Shown here: one piece after another, positions 18,904 to 30,100 of the stretch | Layout: each line of letters starts with the position of its first letter | How positions within the stretch are numbered: position 1 is the first letter of the stretch | DNA from: an uncultured delta proteobacterium | GTDB lineage: Bacteria > Myxococcota_A > Polyangia > Polyangiales > Polyangiaceae | Assembly (NCBI GenBank): GCA_963850305.1 | Contig: CAWKKR010000008.1 | Location: 864,001-928,000, forward strand | Direction: 5' to 3' | Length of the DNA: 64,000 bases | Made by a program: the position numbers and the translations under genes | The notes under the pieces: generated by a model | Told to the model about the DNA's origin: nothing | Seen by the model: the letters and a program-made list of their open reading frames with translations, nothing else | The model's database searches: none

Positions 18904-19314
18904 ATGAAAGCAAGTCCCGTAACCGCCTACATGTCCCGCAATCCACACTCGATCGGACGCCAGCAGACCATGGCGTCGGCCCACGCGATCATGAAGGAGC
19001 ATGGTATCCGGCACTTGCCGGTGCTCGAGGCTGGGCGCGTCGTCGGGCTAGTTTCCGATCGCGACTTGAACCTGATCGAAGCCTTGAAGGACGTCGATCC
19101 CACGAAGGTCTCGGTCGAGGAGGCCATGACCCAAGATCCGTACGTCGTCTCCTCGACGGAACCGCTCGGCGATATCGTCCGCGAAATGGCGACGCACAAG
19201 TACGGCTCGGCAATCGTGGTCGACGGTTCCAAGCTCGTCGGCATGTTCACCACCGTGGACGCATTGAGGGCGTTCGCGGACACGCAGACGTGGGAAGAGC
19301 GGCATTCCTCGTGA
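18904..19314 (+). CDS. CBS-domain protein
   Basis: GIRHLPV, VGLVSDRDL, VEEAMT, VGMFTTVDAL. Confidence 0.92.
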   Translation: MKASPVTAYMSRNPHSIGRQQTMASAHAIMKEHGIRHLPVLEAGRVVGLVSDRDLNLIEALKDVDPTKVSVEEAMTQDPYVVSSTEPLGDIVREMATHKYGSAIVVDGSKLVGMFTTVDALRAFADTQTWEERHSS

Positions 19315-19350
19315 GCTCCTCCGCGCCGGCCACCCAGACGATCTCCGGGG

Positions 19351-21312
19351 TCAGGACGAAGCGCCAATCAGGGTTTCCAGAGCCGCTTCGAGTTCGTCTA
19401 TCTGGACGGGTTTCGTCAGATAACGGTAAAAGCCGGCTTCTTCCCCGCGCTGCCGGTCGCGATCGGACGCCGCGGCCGTCAACGCAATGACGGGGATGGC
19501 GCGCGTTTCCGGAATGGAGCGCAGGGTGACGAGCGCGTCGAGGCCGCTCATCCCTGGCAGATTGATATCCATGATGATCACCGTCGGCACCTTCGCGCGC
19601 GCAAGCGCCACGCCGATCTCCGCAGTAGGCGCCGTCAGGAGCTCGATACCGTCGAAGTTGCCGAGCAGATCCTCCATGAACCGCACGTTGGCGGGATTGT
19701 CCTCGATGTAGAGGATCGAACGCTGGCCCACCGCGCGAAGGCGCGGTCCTTCGTTCGCTGGCGACGGAACCGCAGCGAGCGCTCCGTTCGTGAGCGCGTG
19801 GATCGGCATGTCCACCCAGAACTCCGAGCCCTCGCCCTCGATGCTTCGAAAGCCGACGGTCCCGTTCATGAGGCCGGCGAGCCGCTTCGTGATCACGAGA
19901 CCGATACCCGTGCCCTCGATCGAGCCTGTCTCCTGTCCGGCGCGCTGGAACGGCTGGAAAAGCTTCCCTTGTTTCTCCTCCGGGATGCCCATCCCCGTGT
20001 CGGTCACGGCGACGCGAACGAAGCCGTCGTTTGGCCTCGAGACGGCGAACGTCACGCAACCTCCCGGGCGGTTGTACTTGATGGCGTTCGAGCCGAAATT
20101 CATCAAGATCTGCGCGAAGCGGGTGCGATCGGCCGTGAGCATGGGCACCGGTTCTGCACCGATCTGGACGACGACCGAAAGCCCGCTGCGGGCTGCCATG
20201 GGCTCGAGCGTCGATTGAACGTGACGGAGAACGTCAGCGACGCTCACGGGTTCCGTCGAGAGCGAGACCGCTCCCGCCTCGATGCGCGAGAGATCCAGGA
20301 TGTCGTCGATGAGCCGGAGGAGGTGCTCGCCGCCTTTGAGGATCTGCGTGACGCGCCCCTGGTGTCGTTCCGACAGGGGCTCTCTCTTGTCTCGCCGCAG
20401 GAGCTGGGCGAATCCGAGGATGGCGTTCAGGGGCGTGCGAAGCTCGTGGCTCATCGAAGACAGGAAATCGCTTTTGGCTGCGCTGGCCGCTTCCGCGGCG
20501 GCCCGCGCGATGCTGAGCTCTTCGGCCACGCGCACGTCGTTGGTCAGATCCCAGATCATCCGAACCGTGCCACCCTCGATGGTGCGGCGATCCACGACGC
20601 GAAGGCTGCGACCGTCACGTGTTCGTACGTCGAACGTGCTCTGATGTTCGCGGAAGGTCGTGACGCGGTCTCTGCGGAAATCGGCCTGCTCTTCCGCGTT
20701 CGAAAATGCGAGATCGACGAGCCACGCGTCGAGGATCTCATCGTGCGACTTTCCGACGAGCGGGCCCGGAAGGGACTCGGCGACGAGTCTCCGAAAGACG
20801 CTGTTGCACAGGACGAGTTGGTCTTCCTTGTCGAAGAGCGCGAAAGCATCCTGGATGCTCTCGACGGCGCTCGAGAGGCGATCGGCCGCCAGCTTGGCCT
20901 TGGCTTCGGTGCGCTTCCGTTCCGAGATGTCGCGAAGCGCAGCCGACACGAGCGCGCCGTCTTTCGTGAAGACGGGGCTCAGGCTGACTTCGATCGCGAT
21001 TTCCTTGCCGTCTGCGCGGCGCCCGAAGAGCTCCAGCCCGGACCCCATGGGACGTGTGCCGGGGTCCGCGAAGAAGCGCGCCACGTGGCTGCGGTGATTT
21101 CGCCGGAGCCGCTCCGGAATGAGAGTCTCGAGCGTCAGCCCGAGGAGCTCGGAACGCGCATAGCCGAACAGGCGTTCCGTTTGCACGTTCACGTATTGGA
21201 TCTTCTCGTCGGGTCCCACGATGACCATCGCGTCCGGCGCGGTCTCGAGAACCTGCCGGAACCACTCTTCCCGGCTCTGATTCGAAACATCGTCGGTCGT
21301 CGGACTAGTCAT
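19351..21312 (-). CDS. PAS-PAS hybrid sensor histidine kinase with C-terminal receiver
   Basis: PAS (APDAMVIV...FGYAR), H-box [27 protein letters not shown], receiver IEDN...MDINLPG...KPV. Confidence 0.93.
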   Translation of the reverse strand: MTSPTTDDVSNQSREEWFRQVLETAPDAMVIVGPDEKIQYVNVQTERLFGYARSELLGLTLETLIPERLRRNHRSHVARFFADPGTRPMGSGLELFGRRADGKEIAIEVSLSPVFTKDGALVSAALRDISERKRTEAKAKLAADRLSSAVESIQDAFALFDKEDQLVLCNSVFRRLVAESLPGPLVGKSHDEILDAWLVDLAFSNAEEQADFRRDRVTTFREHQSTFDVRTRDGRSLRVVDRRTIEGGTVRMIWDLTNDVRVAEELSIARAAAEAASAAKSDFLSSMSHELRTPLNAILGFAQLLRRDKREPLSERHQGRVTQILKGGEHLLRLIDDILDLSRIEAGAVSLSTEPVSVADVLRHVQSTLEPMAARSGLSVVVQIGAEPVPMLTADRTRFAQILMNFGSNAIKYNRPGGCVTFAVSRPNDGFVRVAVTDTGMGIPEEKQGKLFQPFQRAGQETGSIEGTGIGLVITKRLAGLMNGTVGFRSIEGEGSEFWVDMPIHALTNGALAAVPSPANEGPRLRAVGQRSILYIEDNPANVRFMEDLLGNFDGIELLTAPTAEIGVALARAKVPTVIIMDINLPGMSGLDALVTLRSIPETRAIPVIALTAAASDRDRQRGEEAGFYRYLTKPVQIDELEAALETLIGASS

Positions 21313-22433
21313 GAGGGATCCTGATCTTGAAAATGGCGCCGGGGGCTCCGTCTTCGATCCAAGTTCGGCCGCCGTGCGCTTCGACGGCCAGTTTGCAAAA
21401 CGCGAGGCCGAGTCCACGCCCGCTCCTGGTGAGACGGCGATCGCCGCCGGGTTCTGCTTGAACGAAAGGGTCGAAGACGCGCTCGCGGAGCTCGCTCGGC
21501 ACACCCGAGCCAGAGTCGGTCACGGAAAGCTCGGTGCCGCCCTCCGCGGCGATGGCCCGGATCGAAACGACCGTTTCCGGCGGCGCGTGTCGGATCGCGT
21601 TTTCGACCAGATTCACGAGAATTCGTCGCAAGAGGTCCGCGTCGGCATGGATCCGGTCGACGCCGGCGAAGGATTCCAGCCGAATGCGGCGCGCCTGCGC
21701 CGTCGCGCCGAGCTCATCGGTGAGATCCGTGAAGAGTACGTGCACGTCCAGGCTCCCTGGCCTGGCGACGAGCTTGCCTTCGTCCCCTTTGCTGAGGTCG
21801 AGCAGGTTCAAGAATCATCCGGCCGAGCTGGCGTGCCTCGCTTCGAATCTGGGTCACCGAAGCGCGCGCGCTCTCCGAGAGACTTGGGTCGCGGAGCAAG
21901 ACCTGAGCGTGAAGATCCATCGAGTTCACCGGGTTCTTCAGATCGTGAACGAGAAATGCCGTCAGACGCTCCTTCTGAAGCTGGACTCGCAGGAGATCGT
22001 CGCGCTGGTGCTTGAGGAGCTCGTAGTGCTCCCGGAGCTCTCCTCGCATCTGGCGGAGCTTGAGCGCGATCTGAACGCGCGCAACGAGCTCCGCCGGGCG
22101 CACCGGCTTCGTGAGAAAGTCGTCTCCGCCGGCCATGAGCGCGCGGTCGAACGTGTCCACGTCCCGGAGCGCCGTCAGAAAGATGACGGGCGTCTCCGCG
22201 CCGCGGGGGAGCTCACGAATCCGCGCGCACGCCGTGAAGCCATCGATGTCCGGCATCCTCACGTCGAGCAGGACGCAGTCCGGCGCGTCGCGCGAAACTG
22301 CTTCGACAGCCGCGACGCCGCCCGTCGCAAGGACGACGTGGTAGCCCTCGTCTTCGAGGGTGCTCGCCGCGAGCGTGCGGTTCGCCTCGTTGTCGTCGAC
22401 CACGAGTATGCGGCTAGGGGGAGCGACCTCCAT
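21305..22433 (-). CDS. Receiver-histidine kinase hybrid (+1 frameshift near 21812)
   Basis: ILVVDDN, LLDVRMP, FLTKP, HDLKNP in one frame; NLLDLS, NAIRHA, DSGSGV, GRGLGL in the next. Confidence 0.85.
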
Positions 22434-22528
22434 GACTTTTGCGGGCCCGAACGTATCATTGTCGCGGGCACTACGAAGGGTCGCAGGAACAATTCGGCCG
22501 GGGCCCAGCGAAAAGCGGCCCCGATGCA

Positions 22529-23602
22529 TCACTTCGACGCGTCGTGCGGGCATAGAACGCGAAGAGCATTCCGGTTGAAGATACGCTCGACATCGTCGTG
22601 GCTCATCCCGGACGCGACGAGCGCGCGAGCGAGCACCGGGAAGCGCGCCGCGGTTTCGAGGCCATCCGGCGCGCGCACGCCCTCGTAACCCGAGCCGATC
22701 GCGACATGGTCGATGCCGGCCACTCGCGCCATGTACAGGATTTGGCGAAGGAGATCGTGCAGCGACGCCGCGTGGCCGCGCACGATCCGATGCTCGTCGA
22801 AGCTAACTGCTACTACCCCTCCGCTCGCGCCGACGGCACGCAGCTCGGAATCCGTCAGATTTCTCGCGTCGCCTGCTTCTCTCCAGGCATTCGAAGAGAT
22901 GCTGACCACCGGAGCCTTGAGCTCCCTGGCGATCTCGAGCACGTCCTGGCGAGTCATTGCGGAACCGGAACCGATGTCCACGATGCCTCCGGCTGCGTAG
23001 ATTCGCCGCACGACCTCGGCGCCACGAGAGCTCAGCCCGACGACCGGCCCCGGCGGCGGATCCTTCCACGACGTCGCGAGCTCGTTGTCCTCCGAGTCGA
23101 CGAGGCGGAACAGGCGAACCCCGCGCGTGACCCAAAGTCCAATCTTGGTCGGCTCGCGCGCAAGCTCCGACGCACCGTCGATCGCAAACCACGTGCGGAT
23201 CCCGTCCGACGGGCGCGAGCAGCCCGGCGAGCGGAACTCACCCGACTGGGAAAGCCAGCGCTCGACGTCGTGAAACACCGTGTCCGTCGTCATGTCGAGG
23301 GGAGCCCATGGCCTCGGCTCGTGCAACGGCAGAACGACACCTACGACATTGCCTTGCCGGAGTCGGAGGTCGGTCGCTTGCCCGCGTTCGCCGTCGAACG
23401 GCTGGGGACCGTTCAGTGAGCGCGGAGTGAGTTCCTCCGCGAGATCGACGACGGGAATCGCCGTGTCCTCGCTTTTCGCGTCGTGTGGAAGCAGAGCGAA
23501 CAGGCCGACGCCGAATGCGAGCAACTTCCTCGCGGCTCGCCCTCGTCGACCTCGTGCCCTCGACACATCCGGAGAGACGAGCGTCATCGGCGTCGGGTTC
23601 AC
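22529..23602 (-). CDS. Secreted membrane-dipeptidase (M19)-like protein, metal ligands apparently lost
   Basis: Signal peptide; GLSSRGAEVV, RNLTDSELRAV..SGGVV, GIDHVAIGS.YEG, N.LRV family motifs. Confidence 0.75.
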   Translation of the reverse strand: MNPTPMTLVSPDVSRARGRRGRAARKLLAFGVGLFALLPHDAKSEDTAIPVVDLAEELTPRSLNGPQPFDGERGQATDLRLRQGNVVGVVLPLHEPRPWAPLDMTTDTVFHDVERWLSQSGEFRSPGCSRPSDGIRTWFAIDGASELAREPTKIGLWVTRGVRLFRLVDSEDNELATSWKDPPPGPVVGLSSRGAEVVRRIYAAGGIVDIGSGSAMTRQDVLEIARELKAPVVSISSNAWREAGDARNLTDSELRAVGASGGVVAVSFDEHRIVRGHAASLHDLLRQILYMARVAGIDHVAIGSGYEGVRAPDGLETAARFPVLARALVASGMSHDDVERIFNRNALRVLCPHDASK

Positions 23603-24027
23603 GGCGCCCAGTAGGCGTCGAAGACGTGATCCTGGATGACCTCGAGGTCCGCTTCCGCGATGTCCTTCGGGACGGACGCGACGATGAGCGCGCGGGTCGC
23701 CTCGTCCAGCGCGGCGCGCAAGAGTCCCAGGAAGTGAGGCTCCGCGACCAGAATTATCCGTTCGACGGCGTGATCGGTCCGGCCTCGGCGAAGCTCCCCC
23801 GCGAGTTCCTTGGCAAAGTCATGGGCTGCGTGTTCGTGGGGTGAGGTGTTCTGCTGACGTCCTCTTGCATGGCTATCGAAGGTTCGATGCGAGCTTCCGC
23901 CTTCGATGCTTTCGTCGCGTCCTCGGCCCGAGGGGAATTCGATATTCTCCACCAGGCCGAGCCTTCGCCCATCCCGCGCGAAGATGCGCGCGCTCACGCG
24001 ATTCGCAACAAGAACCCATGTAGCCAT
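23599..24027 (-). CDS. Host-attachment family protein (baeRF12-like)
   Basis: TWVLVAN...ARIF, FAKELA..L, LVAEPHFLGLLR..L, KD. Confidence 0.85.
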   Translation of the reverse strand: MATWVLVANRVSARIFARDGRRLGLVENIEFPSGRGRDESIEGGSSHRTFDSHARGRQQNTSPHEHAAHDFAKELAGELRRGRTDHAVERIILVAEPHFLGLLRAALDEATRALIVASVPKDIAEADLEVIQDHVFDAYWAP

Positions 24028-24056
24028 TGGCCTCTCGCTTTCTCTGACCGAGAAAC

Positions 24057-24072
24057 AGCAAGCGGCATGCCG
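24057..24072 (-). promoter_or_regulatory. sigma54 promoter
   Basis: Minus strand CGGCATGCCGCTTGCT. Confidence 0.65.
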
Positions 24073-24198
24073 CCGGTCGGGACCGCGGCCTCGGGACGAT
24101 TTTCGTCCATTCGAGCTCGGCGAGACGCAGAACGTGCGCTGGAGCGCACAGCCTGCGAACGCCTGGCTTCGGGTGTCGGTTCGAGGCGCCAGCCACGG

Positions 24199-25458
24199 TT
24201 ATCTCCCGACTGCAGGACCGATCCTGGCCCTGCGGCGTGTTCGTCGAATGAGCGCGGCGTGGCAGGCGAACGCGAGTGCGCCGTTGATGAATAGCGCCCG
24301 GCGCACTCCCCAGTGCGAGGTGACCATTCCCGTGACCAGATTGCCGATGGGCGCCCCGCCGCGCAACGCCAGTGTGTACATGCTGGAGAGACGGCCACGG
24401 AGACGGCTGTCTATGGAGCCTTGAAGGATGGAGTTGGCGGCGGTGTTGCTCGCGACCATCGCAACGCCCACGATGAAGAGGAGCGCGAGTTCGAGAGCGA
24501 AGCTTCGACCCAGAGCCAGGGCCGCGACGACGACGCTCAGACAAACCGCGGCGAGGCTCGACAGAATCTGCCGGTGTCGATTCGTCTTGAGAGGTAAGAC
24601 GACCGAGGCGCCGACGAGTCCACCGAAACCGAACACGGAGAGTGCACCGCCGAATTCACGGCTTCCCAGATGAAAGGCGTCCCTGACGAGCACCGGCAAG
24701 AACGTGACCGTGGGCATGCACAGCAAGCTCGTCACCACGACCGTCAGGATTGCGCGCCGGAGCCGGTGCCTCCTTGCGATCGTCGTGGCGGCTTCCAGGA
24801 TGGATGCGCGAGCGAAAGTCGAGCCGTTTCGTGGGGAAGGTGCGGGAGCCGGGATGCGGAGCAGGTACAGCGCGAGGAGATAGGGCGCATAGGACGAGGC
24901 GTTGAGCACGAAACAGGCGATGGGACCGACGGCGGCCATCGCCACGCCGGCGAAGAAGGGTCCGAGCACTCGTGAGAGGTTGAGCTGCGCCGAGTTGAGC
25001 ACCACGGCGCTCGGAACTGCGTCCTCCGGCACCGACGAAGGGACGAGTGCGTTGATTGAAGGACCGGACAAAGCGTCCGTCACGCCGACCACGAGCGAGA
25101 GAGCGATGACCATCCAGACCCGGATGCGTCCCGTGAGGAGAAGCACGACCACGAGCACCGGGCAGATCACCTGGATGCCCTGAAAGAGCAGCGCGGTTCG
25201 GCGGCGGTCCGCGCGGTCGGCGATGACACCTCCCGCCAAAATGAGCGCCCAGATGGGCGCGTCCGTCATGAACGAATCGAGGCCGAGCAAGAACGCCGAG
25301 TTCGACAGCCGAAGGACGAGCCACGGCTCTGCGACCTGCTGCATCCAGGTGCCGGTGTTCGACAGCAAATTCCCGAGCCAGAGGATCGAGAAATTGCGTG
25401 ATCGCAAAGCCAGAAAGACGCTGGACTTCGAACCCGGAGGTCTTGCCGAGTCGGGCAC
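24199..25458 (-). CDS. MFS transporter (MFS_3/DUF894-like)
   Basis: SNTGTWMQQVA.PWLV, GGVIADRADRR, LRGRLSS; ~12 hydrophobic segments. Confidence 0.9.
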   Translation of the reverse strand: MPDSARPPGSKSSVFLALRSRNFSILWLGNLLSNTGTWMQQVAEPWLVLRLSNSAFLLGLDSFMTDAPIWALILAGGVIADRADRRRTALLFQGIQVICPVLVVVLLLTGRIRVWMVIALSLVVGVTDALSGPSINALVPSSVPEDAVPSAVVLNSAQLNLSRVLGPFFAGVAMAAVGPIACFVLNASSYAPYLLALYLLRIPAPAPSPRNGSTFARASILEAATTIARRHRLRRAILTVVVTSLLCMPTVTFLPVLVRDAFHLGSREFGGALSVFGFGGLVGASVVLPLKTNRHRQILSSLAAVCLSVVVAALALGRSFALELALLFIVGVAMVASNTAANSILQGSIDSRLRGRLSSMYTLALRGGAPIGNLVTGMVTSHWGVRRALFINGALAFACHAALIRRTRRRARIGPAVGR

Positions 25459-25491
25459 GCGAAACCAATCTACCGGGGAAGACGGCTCCGG

Positions 25492-26443
25492 TCAGGACGC
25501 CGCCTTCAGCGCGACGCCGCTTTCTCGACGTGCGTCTTCTTCTCGAAGGCGCCTCGAGAGCCGCGCATGTTCGGGAGTTCCTTCGAGGCTCGCGAGCACG
25601 CGCTCCGGCGTCCCCCAGTCCGACCATCCGCAAGGCGCGAGCCGCACGATCCCGAGCGCATCCGCGCGCTCGAGTACGTCGCGCGAGAAATCGGCGGCGC
25701 TCATGTCGTCGTAGCATTCGGAGAGCAGGCGCCGCTCCCACGGCCGTCCGATGGCGTGGCGGTACGAGTGAAGGCGCGCGCACTGCGCGGGCATGTTCTC
25801 GCTCCCCAGCTGCCAGAAGCGGTTGGCCGAGGCCGACCATCATGAATGTGTTCCACAGCGCGCCGCGCGCGAAAAGGTTCTCTGCCTTCTGTCGGGTCGG
25901 TTTTTCGAGAAACGCGGTCACTCGATTCGAGTCCGCGACGATCCATCCGTACTGAGTCTCGGGCGCCTCGGGAGTTGCACCGATGAGCACGACTCGATCG
26001 GTGTCTCTCGCCATGGTTTCGGCTTGCCTCACCGCGTCGAGCAGCGGCGCCTCGTCCCGGACGTGATGGTCCGAAGGCATCACGGCCACCATCGCCGACG
26101 GGTCGCGTGCGAGCACGTGCGATAGAGGGAGGAGCAACCCCGGGCCCGTTCCACGGTTCTTCGGCTGGACGACGATCTCGACGTCCCCGAAGTTCCGGAG
26201 CTGTTCGCGCGCGACCGACTCTTGCTCTTGCGCAACGACGACGACGGTGTGCTCCGGCTTGCTCCAGCGGGACGTTCTCGAAAGCGTCGCCTGGAGAAGC
26301 GATCGGCTCCCGACTATGCTCGCATATTGCTTCGGCACGTCCGCGCCGTGAATCGCTCGCGTGAGAGGGCGCAGGCGCGTTCCTTCACCGGCGGCGAGAA
26401 TGATGGTCCAGAGGTTTGCTCGAGGTCGGTTGTTCTGGGTCAT
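25492..26443 (-). CDS. Mannose-1-phosphate guanylyltransferase-like nucleotidyltransferase (+1 frameshift near 25830)
   Basis: ILAAGEGTRL.PL, PKQY, QPKNRGTGP, PSDH, YGWI, FLEKP, WNTF; then DFSRDVLE and GWSDWGTP in the next frame. Confidence 0.85.
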
Positions 26444-26457
26444 GTGACCCCTGCTTG

Positions 26458-26473
26458 TGCAAGGGGCTTGCCA
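26458..26473 (-). promoter_or_regulatory. sigma54 promoter
   Basis: Minus strand TGGCAAGCCCCTTGCA, ~15 nt before ATG 26443. Confidence 0.7.
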
Positions 26474-26646
26474 TGTTTCGCGTTGGAGTCATTCACCGTC
26501 TCGGTCTCGATGGCGCGTGCACCGATTGCGCCGGTCCGAAAACGGTGCGGCATTGAGGGAGATGCGGGGCTCGGGGGGAAGTTCGGGGCGCGCGCTCACC
26601 CACCGCATCGCCCACGCGAGGGCACTCGCCCAATCGAAACGCCCAC

Positions 26647-27075
26647 GCGCCAAGATCACGAACGATCACGCCAAGATCACGAACGATCACGCCGTGGTTC
26701 ACGACGATCTCGTCGAGGATGGACATGATCTCGTCGAGGACGGAGGCATCCGTGCCGAGGACGGAGGCGTCCGCGTCGAGGACGGAGGCGTCCGCGTCGA
26801 GGACGGAGGCGTCCGCGCCCAGGATGCAGGCGTCCGCGCCCAGGACGCAGGCGTCCGCGCCCAGGACGCAGGCGTCCGCGCCCAGGACGCAGGCGTCCGC
26901 GCCCAGGACGCAGGCGTCCGCGCCCAGGATGCAGGCGTCCGCGCCCAGGACGCAGGCGTCCGCGCCCAGGACGCAGGCGTCCGCGCCCAGGATGCAGGCG
27001 TCCGCGCCCAGGACGTGCATGGTCTCGTCGAGGACGCACGCGTCCGCGGTCCGGACATGGCCGTCCAGGGCGACG
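26647..27075. repeat. 21-bp-period tandem array (~20 units)
   Basis: 9x caggaYgcaggcgtccgcgcc, 4x gaggacggaggcRtccgYgYc, 2x gccaagatcacgaacgatcac, plus degenerate flanks; core units carry the hairpin ggacgc-ag-gcgtcc. Confidence 0.95.
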
Positions 27076-27116
27076 GAAGCATCCTCTGAGCGCTTCGAAG
27101 CTAGGGCTACTGGTCG

Positions 27117-30100
27117 TTAGCTCGGCGTGACCTGGATCACCTGCGCGGGTGCGGATGCCTTCTGGTCGGGCTGGTAGTAGAGGAAGGCCTGCCCGCCACC
27201 ATCGGACGCGGTGATCGGCATCGTTGCGACGAGGTGATAGGCGAACGCGGCCGTCGTGTTCGGAGCGATCGACGTGAGGTAGAGCGTGAGCTGTCGCTCG
27301 GTGAGCTCGTAGTAGCTCAGGGTGCCCCCCGCTTTGTAAGCGTCGAGATCCGCGGTGTTCACCGAGAAGCCAGGTGGAATGCCCACCGTGACGAGCACCA
27401 TGTTCTCCGTGCTCGCCGTCGTGTTCGCGACCGAGACGGTGGCTTGCACGGTGTCGTTCAGGCGGAGCGTCGTCTTGTCGTAGGCGACGCTGATGTCGAG
27501 CGGACCGGTGTTCGCGGGCACGTCGGTCCACGGCTCGTTGTACCGCTGCACGATCTCGTAGCCGGGCGCTCCCGAGCCCGAGAACCCGAGCGTCACGATG
27601 TGCGTTCCGCCGGAAGCGAGACTCGAGAGGTCGACGGTGGTGAGCAGATCTCCCTGGGCCTGACTCATCCCGACCGTCGTGAACGGAGCGCCGTCCAATC
27701 CCACGCTGACGGTGCCGGCGGCGATGGCCGCGCCCTTCGTCGCCGCGAGAACGAGCGCGCGGAGTGCCCACACCGTCGCCTGCGTCGAGCCGAAGTTTCC
27801 GTTCGGATTCTTCGATGCATCGAGGAATGAAAGCGCGCCGTTCACGTCGCTCGGGTAACCGCCCGCCGTCAGGAGCGCGTATGCCACGATGCCCGTCGTC
27901 GCGACCGTGGAGTCCTGTCCCGAGCCGTAGAAGTTCGTCTGCGTTCCGCCGGAGTCCCAGGAGACGTTCTGACCGTCGATCTTCTTCATGCCGTCGAGTT
28001 GCGACAGGACCTGGGTCAGGAACGGATCGCTCGGCGCAGCGGCAGCGAACGCGTTCGCGACGAGCCCGAGCGTGTAAGCGTCCTGCCCCGCGAGGGACGC
28101 CGTCTTGAGGTAGGCGATCCCGCGCGACAGCTCGGGCCCGGCGTCGCCCGCGCTCGCGAGGGCCCACACGACGAACGCGGTGTTCCGGAGCGCGCTCGCC
28201 TGCACCGTGAAAAACTCGGATCGGTCCGGCGCCCACGACCCATCCGATTGTTGCTGCGCGACGAGCCACGCCTTCGTGCGCGAGAGCATCGCCGCGTCCA
28301 CCGTGTGGACCTTGGACATGTCCGCGAACTCCATGACTCCGAGCGCCGTTACGCTGAGATAAGGGGAAGGATCTTGCGTGCCGAACCACGAGAAACCACC
28401 ACCCGGATGCTCGAACGTGAGGAGCCGCTGGTAGCCGGCGTTGATGTACGAATCAGCTTTGAGCTCCACATCGGGGGTCCCCTGCTTGGTCGCCTGCATG
28501 TAATCGAGCGCGAGCACGTCCGGCCACGTCGTGGACGTGGTCTGCTCGAAGCAGCCGTTCGGCACCTGGAGAATGCTGTCCATGCCCTGCACCACTTGCG
28601 ACAGATAGCCGGGGAACAGGTTCACGTAGAGTTGCGCGGATCCGGGCACTTCGTCCGCTGGAAAGGTGAAGGACTCGGTTACGCCGCTCGCGGGCACGGA
28701 GCCCGAGCGCGACACCGGCACGACCTGCCCGTTCGGCACGACCGTAACCGAGCGCGACACCGCATCCGACGCCTTGGTGCCGATGGCCTGGACCGTGAGC
28801 GATTGATGTCCGACCGCCGTGACCTGCACCGGGAACCTGACGCCCGTGACCTCACCTGGATCGAGCGGGACGTCCATGGCCGTCGCGCCCACCGGCGTGA
28901 ACCAGCTCGCGGACTGGAGCGTGAGATGGACGATCTGCGAGGTGGTCAGGTAGTTGTAGACGGTGATCGGAAACTCGACCTCGTCACCGAGCGTCAGCGA
29001 TGACGGAAGGCTCGCGTCCACGAAGAAGTCCTGGAACACGGTCATGCTGCCCTGGCCGCCGCCGAGCTTGCCCGTGCCGGTGTTCGCGAGCGCGGAGACC
29101 TTCCACTGGGTGATGCTGTCGGCGAGCGGGATCTGCACGCTGGCGGTGCCGTCCGCACCCGTGATGACCTCCGGGTTCACGTAGAGCGTCTCCGGAAAGC
29201 TCTGCCGCACGCGCGGAGCCGTGTCGCTCGCGCCCGTCCCCCCGCCGGAAGCGGCCTGGGTGCTCGCCGAACCACCCGCTCCAAGGGCCCCGCCCGGCGC
29301 TCCGAGGAAACCGCCGCCCCCGAAGGTGACATCGCTGACGAGGTTCGCGTTCAGATCCGTCGCGGCGATCGCGATCGTGACGTCGTCCGCGGTGCCCGGT
29401 CGCTCGTCGGGGCCCATCGAAACGAGATCGAGGAAGTCGACGCCGGTCGTGCTGACGGTGAAGGGATTGCCCCAGTAATCGACGGCCGAAATGTCCCGCG
29501 CGAGTCGCGACTGGAGCGCCGCGTAGTACGAGGTGCCGAGCGAGGAGCAGTAATAGCCGGATGCCGTGCACCCCTGGTTCTCGAGGAGCGCCGACTCCGC
29601 GGCGAGCAGCGAATTGACGACGGCGACCAGGCTCGCCTTCGTCGTGGCAAGGTAAGGTGCGAGCAGGGTGTCGACCGCGGTGACGACCGCCGGCCAGCTC
29701 CCGTCCTCGATGCCGGTGACCCCGGAGCCCCCGATCGCCGCGAACGTCGCGGCCGCTTCGGTTTGCGCGGCCTGACTCGCGGACGGATCCGTCGCCGCGG
29801 TGCCGGTGAAGAGCAGGTCCGGCAGCGAAGCCGGCGGCGCGTCGATCTGGTAAGTGGGCTGTGAGTAGCTGTCCTCGAGCTGGAAGAAGGTCTGCAAGAG
29901 CCCCGGCTGCGCATCCACGAGCCCGAACACGGCCGCGTCCACGACCTGGACACCGACCGCCGCGACCGCGGGTTTTCCGGAAGAGTCCTTCACGGCGAAG
30001 CTGAGCGTCGCGGTCTGTCCTGGGGTGTACGTGCTCTTGTCGGCCGTGATGGTGACGTCGAGGGACGCGTCGTCCCGGACGTAGAGGGTCTTGCCCGCGC

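Noticed and set aside
24656..25490. C-terminal part of the 595-aa nucleotidyltransferase ORF
   Set aside because: Read-through caused by the frameshift near 25830; it overlaps the MFS gene out of frame.
26647..27075. CRISPR array or confident CDS
   Set aside because: No spacers. Several frames are open simply because the unit lacks stops, and there is no clear RBS/start, so it is kept as a repeat only.
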